From Geosiphon pyriformis uo1 (taxonomy: Eukaryota > Fungi > Glomeromycota), in contig JAAOMT010000128.1 in assembly GCA_016748015.1 (NCBI GenBank), positions 627,538 through 691,537 on the forward strand: 64,000 bases of DNA, read 5' to 3'. Under the pieces are notes generated by a model that ran no database searches, was not told the DNA's origin, and was given only the letters and a program-made list of their open reading frames with translations. Made by a program: the position numbers and the translations under genes. The first letter of the stretch is position 1, and each line of letters opens with the position of its first letter. Positions 37,351 through 50,489 of this stretch are shown here, in pieces.

Positions 37351-40300
37351 TGTTACAGATTAGAATAACAAGCTAACAGATAGCAAAAGAGAACAGGATT
37401 GTAAGATGATGAAAAAAATCAAAGGGAATTCAACTTTAAAGAGTAAATTGAATAAGTATGGATATAATATGCAAGATCAGTCTCATAAAATATCTCAGTC
37501 ACTGTACTTTTCAAAAGATAACTGGAAAATCTAAAAGTAGAGAGATAGTTTATATTGTTAACAAATGATCACATACTGGTATAATTCTATGCCTTATGTT
37601 GGTGCTTTTAGAATTCAATATCAGGTATCAGATGTACTCTTTAGTCATGTTTTATTCAATAATCTTCAAATGTTGCAATTACACATTTCAGGAAAAGGGT
37701 AAAAAATAACCAACAAGTAATCTTTTATCCCAAGATATTCAGATACTTAAAGATAGGAAAAGGGAAATTAGTGATAAGAAAATGATTAAGATGAAAGTTG
37801 TTATTTTATTTTTATTTCTTTTGATTCTTACATGCTTTTCTACAGCTAAGAGATTCATCATTTATATAGCTATCAAAAGTGGTCAATAATCAGGTCAACA
37901 ATTAGATCAATGATTATTTTCTAAAAATAAAATGGCTAATTTATATGACATTAGTGCTAATACATATAATAATTAATAAGAAGTATAAGTTTCAACTATA
38001 ACATTATCCTCTTCAAAGAGATTGAGCTTCAGCAAAATCAAACTATTTATGATGTAATCTATTTAAAGAGTTTTATTTAACTCAAGGCTAACTAGTTTGT
38101 TAAAGTTTTTTATAGATAGGGTATATAATACTTGAAGTGAAATGAGTTTTGTATCCAAGAGACCAAATCTTTATATTAGAGTTTTGGCTCTTTTAGCAAT
38201 AGTTAAAACTCTTGGAACATTTAACCATATAATGCCCAAAATTTTTGTCTGTATCTCTAAAGTTGTTTTTTTTATAAGTTTCATATCTTCTATGATTTTT
38301 CTAAGGCAACCATAGAGTTCTAATTGCCTTTTATATAACAAGTTTTTGTCTATGGGTAAGATTTTTTGAAGTGTTTTTCTAATTGTACTAGAAGGTAAGA
38401 ATATAACTGCTGTTATATTTTCCAACAGATATTTATTCATTTTGCTACCAATTTTTTCTTTTCTGGTAGTAGTTTTCTTTGGTCTAATAACAGTATGTGT
38501 TCTACTGTTATCAGTTATGGTGGTTTGTTTTCCAATGGTCAGAATAGCATTTGGATAGTTTTTGATCTAATACTTATAGAGAGTATAGAAAGTGTTTTGA
38601 ATGTTTTGATCCAGAAAATAATTGTTTATGTTGATTAAAGATACCTCTGTTTTTGAAATGGTGCATTTATTTATACTTGATTTTTGTTGATCATTTAAGT
38701 CAGTATTATCACAACAGGCAACCAATCAGGTTATTTATGATATTTCTTAAATCATATATCATGAACAAGATAATTATTGAAGATTGTTCCAGATTGATTT
38801 TGAAGAATATAAGAACCATTGTTCAAACTTTGTTGACTATAAAGAGTTCTTTCCATCAGCTAGAAAATTTATTATCATAGACATTGTCTCTATCTGAATG
38901 GTATTCCAATACCAAATCACCAACACTTAAAAAAAGTGTTTTATAGGTTTTTTTTTTCTTAAGATTTTTTTAGAACTGTTTTATCTTTTCAAAAGCAATT
39001 ATTCGTGCTTCTATTAAGAAGTCAAAAATGATACCAAGTCTTCTTTGCAAAATATCTTTGTAATTTTCTATTGTAATCTCTTCAAAGAGTATTGTTTCAA
39101 TGTCAGTTTTTATTGGTAGTGTTGCCATGCATCCATAGAACAAATAAAAAAGTTCATAACTTGTTATGTCATAATTCACAGTTCTATAAGCAAACAAAGC
39201 TAAAGGCAGTACTTTGTCCTATAAGTTTGTTTTTTTACTGATTTTGGCTAGGGTTTTACATAATGTTCTATTAAAATGTTCCACTAAGCCATTTGTTTGG
39301 AGATAATAAGGGGAGGAAAGTTTATGATGTATTCCCATTTTTCTACAAAGTTTTTTAATCAGTGTACTGAAAAAAGCTCTTTCTCTAACAGATAAAAGTT
39401 CTTTGGGGCAGCCATGATGGCAAATGATATCTTCATAAATGAAATTGGTTATTGAGACTGTTGTTTGATTAGAAGTGACTCTTGCTTCTACCCACTTTGT
39501 AAAGTAGTCAATAGCTATGATAATGTATCTGTTGCCATCAAGAGTTATTGTTAAAGGTCTAACAACATCTATACCAATTCTGTCAAATGATTGACCAACA
39601 TAGATTGAATAGATATTTTCTTTGTGATTGGGTTTGTTTTTTCTTTGGCAAATGTTACAGGTTTTGATGTATTCAGCAATGTTCTTTTCCAAAATAGGCC
39701 AATAATAGTAAGCTAAAGTTTTCTGAATTGTTTTTGTTTTTTCAAAGTGTCTAATTAATGAGTCAATGTACATGTTGTATATTACAATTTCTTTTTTTTC
39801 AAATCTAATAACTCATTGGGGGTGATCAGAATCTTTTTTATTTCTTTTATATAGCTGGTTCTGGTAAATCAAATAGAAATTTGATTGTTTGTGCAAATGT
39901 TCTCTTTGCTGTCAAGTGTATTCTGGTGGATATTGTCTTTTATCCAAAAATTCTATTAAGACAGAGTAGTTGTCCAAGTCTATTATCATGTTTGTTTGTA
40001 AAGAAGTTACTAATAATTAAGTTGGTTTGGTTTGAGAGATTGTACTGTCACTGGATGGTAAGTTTAGAAAGAGCATTGGTGTTTTGATAATTTGCTCCTT
40101 TGTGATATTGAATATTATAGTCAAATTCATTCAAGTGGAATATCCAGCAAGTTATTCAGTTTTTTTTTATTGTACAGCCAAACCAAGACTTGATGATCTG
40201 TTACTACTAAGAATTTTGCACTAAAAAGATATTAATTCTAGTAACTAGTAGCCCAAACTACTGCTAAACATTCTTGTTCAGTAATTGAATAGTTTTTTTC

Positions 40301-43300
40301 TGTTGGTGTGAGGGATCTACTGGTATATGTTATAGCATGTTCTTTGTCATTTTTATCTTTTTGTAAAAGAATATTATCAAGTCTATAGCCAGATATATCA
40401 GTATGAAAGATAAAAGGTTGGTCCAGATTAGGTTGCTTGAGAATTGATTCAGTAACAAGTTTTTTCTTTAGAATTTCAAAAGCTTTTTGTTGATAAATGC
40501 TCCAGTAATAATTGATATTTTTCCTGAGTAGCTGATTAAAAGAAAAGGTGATTTTGGAAAAATCTTTGATAAATTTGCAATAATAAAAAGCCAAACCAAA
40601 AAAAGAACATAGATTAAGAACATTTATTGATTGTCTAATGTTTTAAACTTTTTCAACTTTAGCTGAATTAGGGAAGATTCCATCTTTTGTAATAAGATAA
40701 CCAAAGAACTGGGTGAATTAACATCCAAAGAAAAATTTGATTGGGTTAATTTTAAGACCAGCATTTTTGAGCAGATCAAAAATCTTCTGCAAATGTTCAA
40801 GATGTTCATCCCAGGTTTTTGAGTAGACCATTATGTTATCTAAATAAACCAAAACAAAGTTTTTTTTTACTAATTCAAATACTTTGTCTATTAGGTGTTA
40901 AAAGATAGGAGAGGGATTGATAAGACCAAAAAGCATGACTGTAAATTCATAAGTGCCATACTTAGTAATAAAGGCAGTTTTTTTTCTGCTTTTTGGATCC
41001 ATCTCTACTTGCTAGAATTCAGCAGTTAAGTGAGAAAAAAGCAGCACCATTAAATTTATCTAACATTGCATCAATTTTAGAAAGTAGGTACATGTCTTTT
41101 ATAGTGATGGCATTTAGTTGGTAGTAGTCAATACAGAAACATAAGGTTCCATTTTTCTTGGATACCACTACAACTGAAAAAGCCTATTTATTCTTGGTTT
41201 CTTGTATGAATCCAAGATTTTTCATCTGGTTTATCTCTTTCTTAATAAATTTATTTTTGTGTTAATTAAATTGATAAGGCTTTAAATAGATGGGATGAGT
41301 TTCTTTTGTGATAATAGTGTGTTGTATCACATGAGTTTATCCAAAAGTATCACCTTCTTTTGAGATAACTGGGCTATTTTTAGCCAACAGATTTTCAATG
41401 TCTACTTTTTTTTCTTCAGAGGAAGGTTCTTTTTGTTTTACAACTAGTAATTGGATTTTAGGTAGTTTACTCTTAAAAAACTTCTGTACTTCTTTTGGTT
41501 CTTCTCTGGGTATCAAACTAATTGGCTCCCAATCTTTGTAATAGATTAGACAAGACTTATATTTATCACTAGGGAAATACAAAAGTCTATCACATCAGTA
41601 CTTGGCACAAGGACTATACCACCAATAACTGTATTTTGCTTTTTTGCCAGGTTTTCTATTAAAGGTTCTTCTAAGGATATCATAGTAGGGCCAGCAGATC
41701 ACCTTGCCATTTACCATAATTCCTTCTTTGTTAGCTTTAACATTGTCTAGTAGTTTGCCATTGCTGGTAAAAATAGTATAGGCAAGTTCAGCAGTTTTTT
41801 TTTGTTCTTTTTGATCTTCTTCTTCATTACTCTCATTATTATTTGATTCATCTAATTGTTTTTCTTTTTGGTTTTGCTTAGATACTAGAGAGGTTGTTTA
41901 ATAACAGCATTTAATCATAATGGGTTTCTTACTGCATCTGATGATTAGTTCACAGAGTTCATAATCAATCAAGACTTTTGCTTTCTTGAGCCATTTATTC
42001 CTAACTATTATGGTGTATTTTTTTACTTTAGATACTTTTATGTTAGTTTCAATGCTAATATTATTGATTTGAACAGAGACAGCTTTGGCTATATCCAAAC
42101 TTTTCTTCTTGTTACTATTTACATTGGTTATTAGTTTTGTGGATAGTTCATTAATCTTTTTGTCAATTGCTTCTAAAAAGTGTTTGACAATGATTCTAAC
42201 AGATAATCCACTGTTCAATAAAGTAACCAGCTACTTGGGCTTTACAAATAAGAGGAGTAACATTGCTGTTGTCAGTAAGTCTAGCTTGGCATAAGTGCTT
42301 GTTGGTCTTTGGTGTCTTTTTCTTGAGAATCAAAAATTTGTAAAAGTCTTTTCTGAATTGAGAATGGGTCATTAACTGGCCAAAGATAATGTGAACAGAT
42401 GTTTCCATGAGATTTTTGACAACAGAATAGGGTCTAGATTTTTGTACAATTTTTGGGAGTTCCAATTTTGAAGGATTCTTAAAAACTTTAGTCTTTGGTA
42501 GCTCATTGTTATTAACAGTTGATTTGAATGTTTTGTTTGGGTCCAGAGCGAAATCAACCTTGGCTTTTTTTTTTTTCTGGTTGATTCAGAGATGTTGATT
42601 GCTAGTTCATCCATATTATGGTTATTATCAGTTAAGTTAAAAGCATAAAATGGGGTTTTTTTTGGTTGGCTTATACTCTTACCCTTTAGAAATATGTCTA
42701 CAAATTTAAAGGCTGATAAACAGTGGCTTCAACTAAGGGATTCTCTTCAAAGAAATTGATGTTGACATGATTGGGTCTTTGGTTGAGGACATTGTTGTTA
42801 ATAGTTCTGTTGTTTTAATTGTCATTGTTTCTGAGAGCTAAAGGAGGCAAAGAAGAATTGTTACAATCTCTGGAGAAATGTCCAGTTAATCTACAGTAAT
42901 AACACACAGGTAGGCCACAATTTTGTTGTCTTTGAAAAGGGGGTTGCTAAAGTTAATTAAAATGGGATTCAAATCTGGGTCTTTGGAATTGTTGATTTTC
43001 TTTGACTGCTTGGGCTAAGGGTTTCAGTAATTGGGTAAGATTAGCTGTGAGTCCATCTATTAACTGTTCATTTGGGTCTTGAGTTTGGGTAACAAAAGAA
43101 GTAGCAGCCATTTGAAAAGCAAGAGCAAAAACTAGAAGTGTGGATCCCAAGTGTATTTTTTGGTTGTCTTCAATTTATTGGACAAGTTCAATGACCATAT
43201 TCATTGTGGAATTGTCTTTCAGGGCCAGAAGGAGCCAAAAAGCATAGGACAGATCTGTTTTTAATCTTTTTGTAAAGGAATGAATCTTTTGTTCTTCTGT

Positions 43301-44986
43301 TCAGTTTCTTCCAGAGTCTACTCTTTTAATTAACTTTCTAATGGTTTTGGCATATTCAATTACCACTTCATCAGAACCTTGGATTTTTTTTTCTAGTTCT
43401 ATGCACCATTTAGATATTAAAATAGGAGTTCTAAATTTTATTTCAAACTGGATAATAAAAGAGGTGTTGTTTTCTCTGATATTTGCTAAGTATTGGCAAT
43501 GGTTTTTTGTAAGAACCAAGTAGCAAAAGAGCCTTAAAGATAGCCACCAATGATTTGGAACTTATATTTATTATCATATTGATTGGCTGTGATAGCTTTT
43601 TCAAAGTCATCCAATTATTCAATTGAATCTTGTACATTACCTCTAAACATGAGTAATAGAGTGTTGTTTTTTCTTTCCAAAGCAGTTTGTATATCTTGGA
43701 GAGCAATCAGAATGTTTTGTTGCATAGAGTCATTAGTCATTAGTTCAAGAGTTACTGTTTGAGTAAAATAATCTGATTCACTTAAAAAGAGATCAAAAAC
43801 AGAAGCAGTTTAATAGCTTTTTTCTTTTGTTTTAAGAGAAGTTTCAGTTGATTAATGGGCAGCAATCCAAGTATAAATTTAATAATTCAGATATTCGAAA
43901 TCAGGGGGCTGTTGTTTAAAGATTGTGGAATATAAAAGCTGATTAATGCTGTTGTTTCTTTTTTCAAAGTTGTCTTCAAAATAAGCTTAATCAAAGTAAT
44001 AAGTTGTATAGACTGTGTAGATTTTAGTTGAATGCTTATTCAGGAACCAATTCCAAAAGTCTTAGAATTTTCTGCTGGATTGTTTTTCAATAGGAAAGCA
44101 AATCAAGCAGAAGAGCAAAGAATTGAGTTCAATAAAGTCTAGATCATTTTTGTTGTGTGCTTCAAAGTGTTTTTCTGATTGTTGTGACAGGTATGAATAA
44201 TCATCCATATAATAAGAAACAAAATAGATTTTGACAATCTTATAGGAAGCACCACTTTTATATTACAGGTTGGAATAACAAGCTAACAGATAGCAAGGGA
44301 AAACAAGATTGTAGGGTGATGAAAGAAATTAAAAGGAATTCAACTTCAAAGAGTAAATTAAATGAGTATGGATTCAATATATAAGATCAGTCTCATAAAA
44401 TATCTCAGTCATTGTACTTTTCTAAAGATAACCAGAAAATCTGAAAATAGAAGGATAGTTTATACTGTCAACAAATAATCACATACTGGTATAATTCTAT
44501 GTCTTACGTTGGCACTTTTAGAATTCAATATCAGGTATCAAATGTATTCTTTAGTCATGTTTTATTCAATAATCTTTAAATGTTTCAATTACATGTTTCA
44601 AGAAAAGGATAAGGAATAACCAACAAGTAATCTTTTATCCCAAGATGTTCAGATACTTGAAGATAGAAAAAGAAAAATTAGTGATAAGAGAATGATTGAG
44701 ATGAAAGTTGTTATTTTATTTTTATTTCTTTTGATTCTTACATGTTTTTTTACAGCTAAGAGATTTATTACTTATATAACTATCAAAAATGGTCAATGAT
44801 CAAGTCAACAATTAGGTCAATGATCAGGTTATTGATCAGGTCAATGATTAGGTTAATAATCAGATCAATGGTCAAATTATTGATCAGATTAATAATCACT
44901 TTCTAAAAATAGAATGGCTAATTTATATGACATCAATGGCTAATACATATAATAATTAATAAGAAGTATAAGTTTCAACTGTAATA
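37351..44986 (-). mobile_element. Gypsy family B copy B5, full length (7636 bp), 4-bp TSD ATAG
   Basis: LTRs 37351-38003 and 44261-44986; ATAG at 37347-37350 and 44987-44990; PBS and PPT present. Confidence 0.96.
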
Positions 44987-47900
44987 ATAGAATCAACTTT
45001 ATCTTTAACTTCAACTAGATCTAGGATCAAATCACTATTAGCAACCAAATGATTCAAAACCACTCTATGAAAGGGATACTTTAATATACTTCTGATCATG
45101 TGGCTTTTATTGACCACAAAACTTTCCATTCTTTTATTAATAGCAGACTTAATGCTTGATTTCTTAGCTTTCAAAGATTCAGCAAGTTTGGATACATGGT
45201 ACAATTTTCTTATTCCACAAAAAACAGATCTTATATAATCAATATTAGCATCAAAATTCACAAAATATTGAATAAATAAAGCTTCATTACTGTTCAAAAA
45301 ATACCAGTAGCTCATCAAAGAGACAAACTTGTTAACACTCTTTTCATAAAAAGCCTTAACAATCTTCAAAACCAAAATTTCCAGTCTATAAAACCTGAAA
45401 AATTCTTTGGTAAATATTTCATTATAGCTCTTAAACCATCTTTTTTTGAATGTTTCATCAGCTGACAAAATTCTTACTTTGCAAACAGTATTTCACATTG
45501 TATTCAGATCTGAGAACCTCTTAGACATAACAAATCTTTTAAAGAACATAGCAGTATTGGCTGCTGTAGCATTTTTAAAATTACACTACTTCATTTTATT
45601 AGCATTTTTGATATTAAACTTCCAATAATTCTTATTCATCTGTTTGTGTATAGAGATTAACTGCATATTCAACAAATCTTCCAATTTCACAGACACAAAA
45701 ATTGCTTAGTAATTAATATCAAAATATTTCCTAATATCTATCACAGCATAATCTACTACTGCATTAACCAAATTTGAAAAAATAAACACATAATTAATCA
45801 TTTTCATAACACATTTCAAATTCCTTTAAGTTAATATATTTGCAACTGAACTTTTAATCAATAAATTGACCAAATTTAAACTAAGACATTTTTTAAAACT
45901 AGCACATTTGCAAGAGCAATTTTCATTGAAATCTCTACTTAAAACAATAAAAGAAGATTAATTTACAGCCTTTACAATCAAAAAATTAATTTTACCAGTC
46001 TGAAAAAAATGAACTGCTAGGAATGTTCCAGCATAAAGCCCCAAAATTGAAACAAAAAATTTGTTTTTAAAAAGCAACTTGATAGAAAAGAGCCAACCAG
46101 ATACTTCAGAAACTTTATACATATGTCTTGTCAAGACAACATTTATAATAATTGTGACTTTAGAATCCAAGTGACCAGAATTCAAACCAAAAGTAAATAC
46201 TTAAATACCATCAAATTTGTTTTTAATCCATAAATGAATCTTTTTCTTTAATTTTGTTTTAATAATAATAGAAATCACATTGTTTATGTTTTTGTGTCAA
46301 CAAATAATATTCTCTTGCTTGGCAGAATTGTTTATTCCTCTAATATTACATGTAATAATCTTCCAAACTAAACAACTTATTGAGAAAAAAGTAGGAAAAA
46401 TGCACCACCAGCCAAAACCAAATTATTAAAGTGCATTAACAGACTTAGCACTAAAGCAGAAAAACTTTCCAACATGTTTTTTAGTTTAACAACCTCTGGA
46501 AAAACAGACAAGCCCAAATCTGTAGCAGTTTTGCCACTAGTAGCCTTATTTAAGCCTTTTTTTATCACTACATTACTCACTTAATCCTGTGATGGAGAGA
46601 TTACTGGCAGCTGACATCCAGAGCTAGGCTGAAAAACTGTTGGCATAAATGATTCTAATCTCTTAGCCAACTCACTAATTTGTTCTGCAAGACTATTCTC
46701 AATGCTGATTAAATGTAATTCCAACTTATTAATAACAGACAGAAGAGATTTTATCTTCAAAGAGAAACCAGGATTAGCCAAATCATTATGTGCAGAAAGA
46801 GAGAGAAAAGAAGACCCACTAACAATTTTTGTTTAAAAAGCACTGCCAAAAGAAACAAAGTAAGCAATTGGAGCTGAAAACTTGACATAAATAGAAGCCT
46901 ACCTGCTTTTATTCTTCTCAAATAGCATTCTATGAGAAGAAACACCAAGAGAATTTTTTTTATTAGAAGTATAGCCCAATAATATATAATCCAATTTCTT
47001 ATACTTAGCATATTTGGCAGAGTCCAAATAAGACCAATATAGATTATTCCATAAGTGTAATCCTTATAACAGCATCCAAAGAAGTCACAGAGTCAAAACA
47101 AACAATTGCACATCTGGCCTAAACATAAGTAACTGGATAACAGTTAATGATACAGGTTTTACCACCCACTAAGCTGATATAATCCCAAATATCATGTGTA
47201 TTGGTTTCTATTGACAAAGTGTAAAGCAATATTTTATGATTATTTCTTTTATTCCAAGATTCTTTGTTTTTATTAGACTTAGCAACATGTATAATATCTT
47301 TTCCAATTAGGATGGACCATTTTGCTATAACCAAATTAACATGATTTGATTACTCAAACTCAATCACAGTTTTCTGTCAGAGTTCTACCAACTGCATTTT
47401 AATCGACTTAATTATCTCAAACTTAGACAGTGCAACATGTATAGTCTTAGCTGACATTCCAACTGGAATTTTTTTTATCATTACAGTCTAATCTGAATGC
47501 ACAACAGATTTCTTGAGATTGGTATTTACCAGAATTTTTGTATTTTTTGCCTTTTTAGTAACCTAAACTAAGCTGAATTTGAAAGTAAATGTTGTTCTGA
47601 CAATTCCAGCAAATTTTGAGGAAGTAAACATCCCCCCAAAACCATTGACTTTAGAAAATAATTTTCTAACAACCATAAACTTTTTCTGAACCAACTTCTT
47701 AATAATATTATTCAGACTAATATCCAAAACAAAGAACTTCTTAACTAGAACATTAATCAGATTTTTCAGAGAAAAAAAGAGGATTACAGAATTATCCAAG
47801 AGAACATTATTATTAGCACTATTATTCAGAAAATTGATCTTATCTAATGGCTTGCTTAATGTCTTTTTAGTAACCAATCTAGATCCCTTTGGTGTTTGGT

Positions 47901-48255
47901 TTGTATCTCTTTCTTTCAGAATATCTTCTTTTCCATAATTTATGCTAGTTTTCTTAATCAAAAACTTTTCTTCCATATTAATACTATCAGATTCTATGGT
48001 ATCACCAGCTTCAAACTTCCAAGAACCACTAATTGCTTTTTTAGACAAGATTACTTTACGAATAGTACCATCTCTTAGAACATCTCTCTTTTTCTTTTTT
48101 CTAAATGCAATATTTTTACTAATAGTATTAGTACTAAAACTTTTTACAAACTTCTTTATCATAGCAATATTATAGCCAATAGTAGGTTTATAATCAAGCA
48201 AAAAAAGTTTAAATTTATTGTATTGAATAATTAAAAACTTTTTTGACTCTTTTTG
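44987..48255 (-). mobile_element. LINE 5' part: ORF1 (~48200-46377) and APE endonuclease start of ORF2 (~46380-44987), degenerate
   Basis: WKIITCNIRGINNSAKQE (APE N-terminal motif), TKLK, SILGLYAG and VLSRDFN; ORF1 fragments 47563-48201, 47119-47334 and 46377-46781. Confidence 0.85.
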
Positions 48256-48266
48256 AGAATTTGAAA

Positions 48267-49310
48267 TTTTTTTTTTATTATATTTAATGAGTGAGGTCCA
48301 AACACTACCTAAAACAATACATCAATAAAATGATCTAAACTAGGCATGAATCATGTGATTAACCACATGTGACCAGCCACTCGAGCCAGTCAGGACAACA
48401 CTACACAATTATATTAACAAAAACTATGTTACCAATACCCAAAAAAAACAAACAAGACTTGCAAAAGCCAAAAAGAACACCAAAAAGTTCAGTAACACCA
48501 AGCAATTTAACCACACCAGGTAACAACCTTGAAACCAAACCAAAAACTGGAATGGGAATTGATCTGTCTACTAGGATTAGGCCATTTTTTTCCATAAAAG
48601 CACGATGCTTAATATGAACTAACCAAATATCATTCCTAAAAGCAGAGCATAGAGAGTGCATAAAATCAGTAATTTTAACACCAGCAACCTTAAAATCATA
48701 GAAGACAGTAACAGCCTCCTGAAGCCATCCATTGAAAACAAAACTCTTGTAAAAAGCTGAAGAAACCAGCAAATCTGAAGCACAGGTCGACATAAACTAC
48801 AACACAACCGAAGAGGAAAGAGAGAGCCCAGAAAGTAACCTCCAAGAAAACATGCAGGATTCCAGAATCTGATGACGAGCCAAATTATCAGCCACACAAG
48901 AAAACACATGATCAGAAACCTCCACCTCATCACAATACAGACACAGAACACTAGGGTAACATTTATCATAAATGCGTTTCCGGATAGCCACAGGAAGCTG
49001 ATAGTGCAAAGTCTTCATAAGATAAGTGTGAATATCAGCTGTGAGCCTGCTAGTGAAACCAGTGGCCATATGCAAATCATGGTGCCAAACCTTAGAAAAA
49101 CTGAGCCAGTTAATATCTGAACGCAAACTATTAGCCAAAAATCTAGAACTAGAACCGACCTCCCAGTGTGCATGACAAACCACATGACAAACATCTTAAA
49201 TAAAGTGTCTAGAATTACCAGAAACAACACCACCATCCACCAACAAAAAGTGTTCATCCATGCGAGGAGGAAGATACCACCCAGATAGAGACGCAACATT
49301 AGTGATGCTA
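48267..49310 (-). mobile_element. Young 5'-truncated LINE insertion (ORF2 C-terminus with CLYC...DHVFSC zinc-binding region, 3' UTR, poly(A))
   Basis: T10 tail at 48267-48276; 11-bp TSD AGAATTTGAAA at 48256-48266 and 49311-49321; CpGs retained. Confidence 0.9.
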
Positions 49311-49321
49311 AGAATTTGAAA

Positions 49322-50170
49322 AAGAAGTTTTTTTTTTAAATTTTTTTTTTTGTAAATATTAATAAATTTATATATAAATTAAATATAGTTTTAATAAAAG
49401 CCAATTTAATTTTAAAAAAAAACACCAAATACCAAAATAAAAACCACTATTATGATTTAAAAATTTAATAAAAATTATATTGAAAATTAAATTATTATTA
49501 TAAAATTTTTTAAAAACTTATTTGTTTTTATCTATTAAATAAAACTGTTATTTAATAGCTAAATTCTTTAAAAAATATATTTTTTGATCAAAATTATTTA
49601 TCTTATTATTAATTATTTAAAACAATATTGTTAATATTAAGAAAAATACCAAAAAACTATTAATATTCTATGTTTTTAGATTAGAAAAACACTTTAAACA
49701 ATTACAAAAATAGCTCTAAAAAAAACTTCAACAACAGTGAGTTTTTTTTGACACTATTTTTTTAATAATAAAGGAATTAATATTTATAAAATATAATTTA
49801 TTGGGTTTTATATTACTTTTTTTCAAAAATTTTTATTAAAAAAAATCAAAAATGTAATAATTTTAGCAAAATTTTGGTCTATTTTACTTAATAATTGTAC
49901 TATTAATATTATTTTACTACAATGTTTTTACAAATACTACATTTTTAGTTTTATTTTATTATTTCCAAATTTTCAAAGTTTTTTAGCTAAAATATTTTAA
50001 TTATATTAGCAAGAAGAATAATTGCTGCTTTTTCTTTTTTGCTTTAATTGTGAACATAAAATTTACAAAATTAATGATAAAATATAATTGAAAAACTTTT
50101 AAGCAAAAATAAATCAAATGATTGAATTTTGAGAATTCATTCAAGATATTAAAAAATTCTATCTTTACTA
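49322..50170. other. Extremely AT-rich spacer between the TE block and the gene island
   Basis: Almost devoid of G/C, no CpG, no ORFs. Confidence 0.8.
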
Positions 50171-50265
50171 TTGCTGATAAGGACCAAAATTTTTCACACG
50201 TATCGAAATTTCCAGGTCCCTTGCCTTTTCAACTAAGGTGGAAATCACCCACCGTGTAGTGTGTG

Positions 50266-50373
50266 GCGACGACGCGACGCGTACGCGACTTCATTCATCA
50301 TAACAAATCATAATACCAGGGCAACCTCACATTCTTAACACGTTTTCGATCAGCATCAATTCTCATTATAAAA
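50266..50373 (+). promoter_or_regulatory. Promoter with three tandem MCB-like boxes (ACGCGA/ACGCGT/ACGCGA) and a TATA box
   Basis: ACGCGA at 50272, ACGCGT at 50277, ACGCGA at 50283; TATAAAA at 50367; ATG at 50490. Confidence 0.55.
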
Positions 50374-50489
50374 GTGTACCATTTCACAAATTAATCTCAT
50401 TTTATATTTTTCAACTCGTTAAATTCGTTTCTCTTTCTCTTTATCTCAGACTCTATAACCACCCTTTCGCAAACCAATTAGTCCAAAAA

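Noticed and set aside
29-49120. Many 60-120 aa hydrophobic ORFs antisense to TE genes (e.g. 160-528, 7826-8077, 29932-30192)
   Set aside because: These are shadow frames of the TE ORFs; they recur only because the copies are homologous.
48200-49310. Head-to-tail LINE tandem or pseudo-LTR (HeT-A/Penelope-like) structure
   Set aside because: The poly(A) and 11-bp TSD show an independent 5'-truncated insertion.
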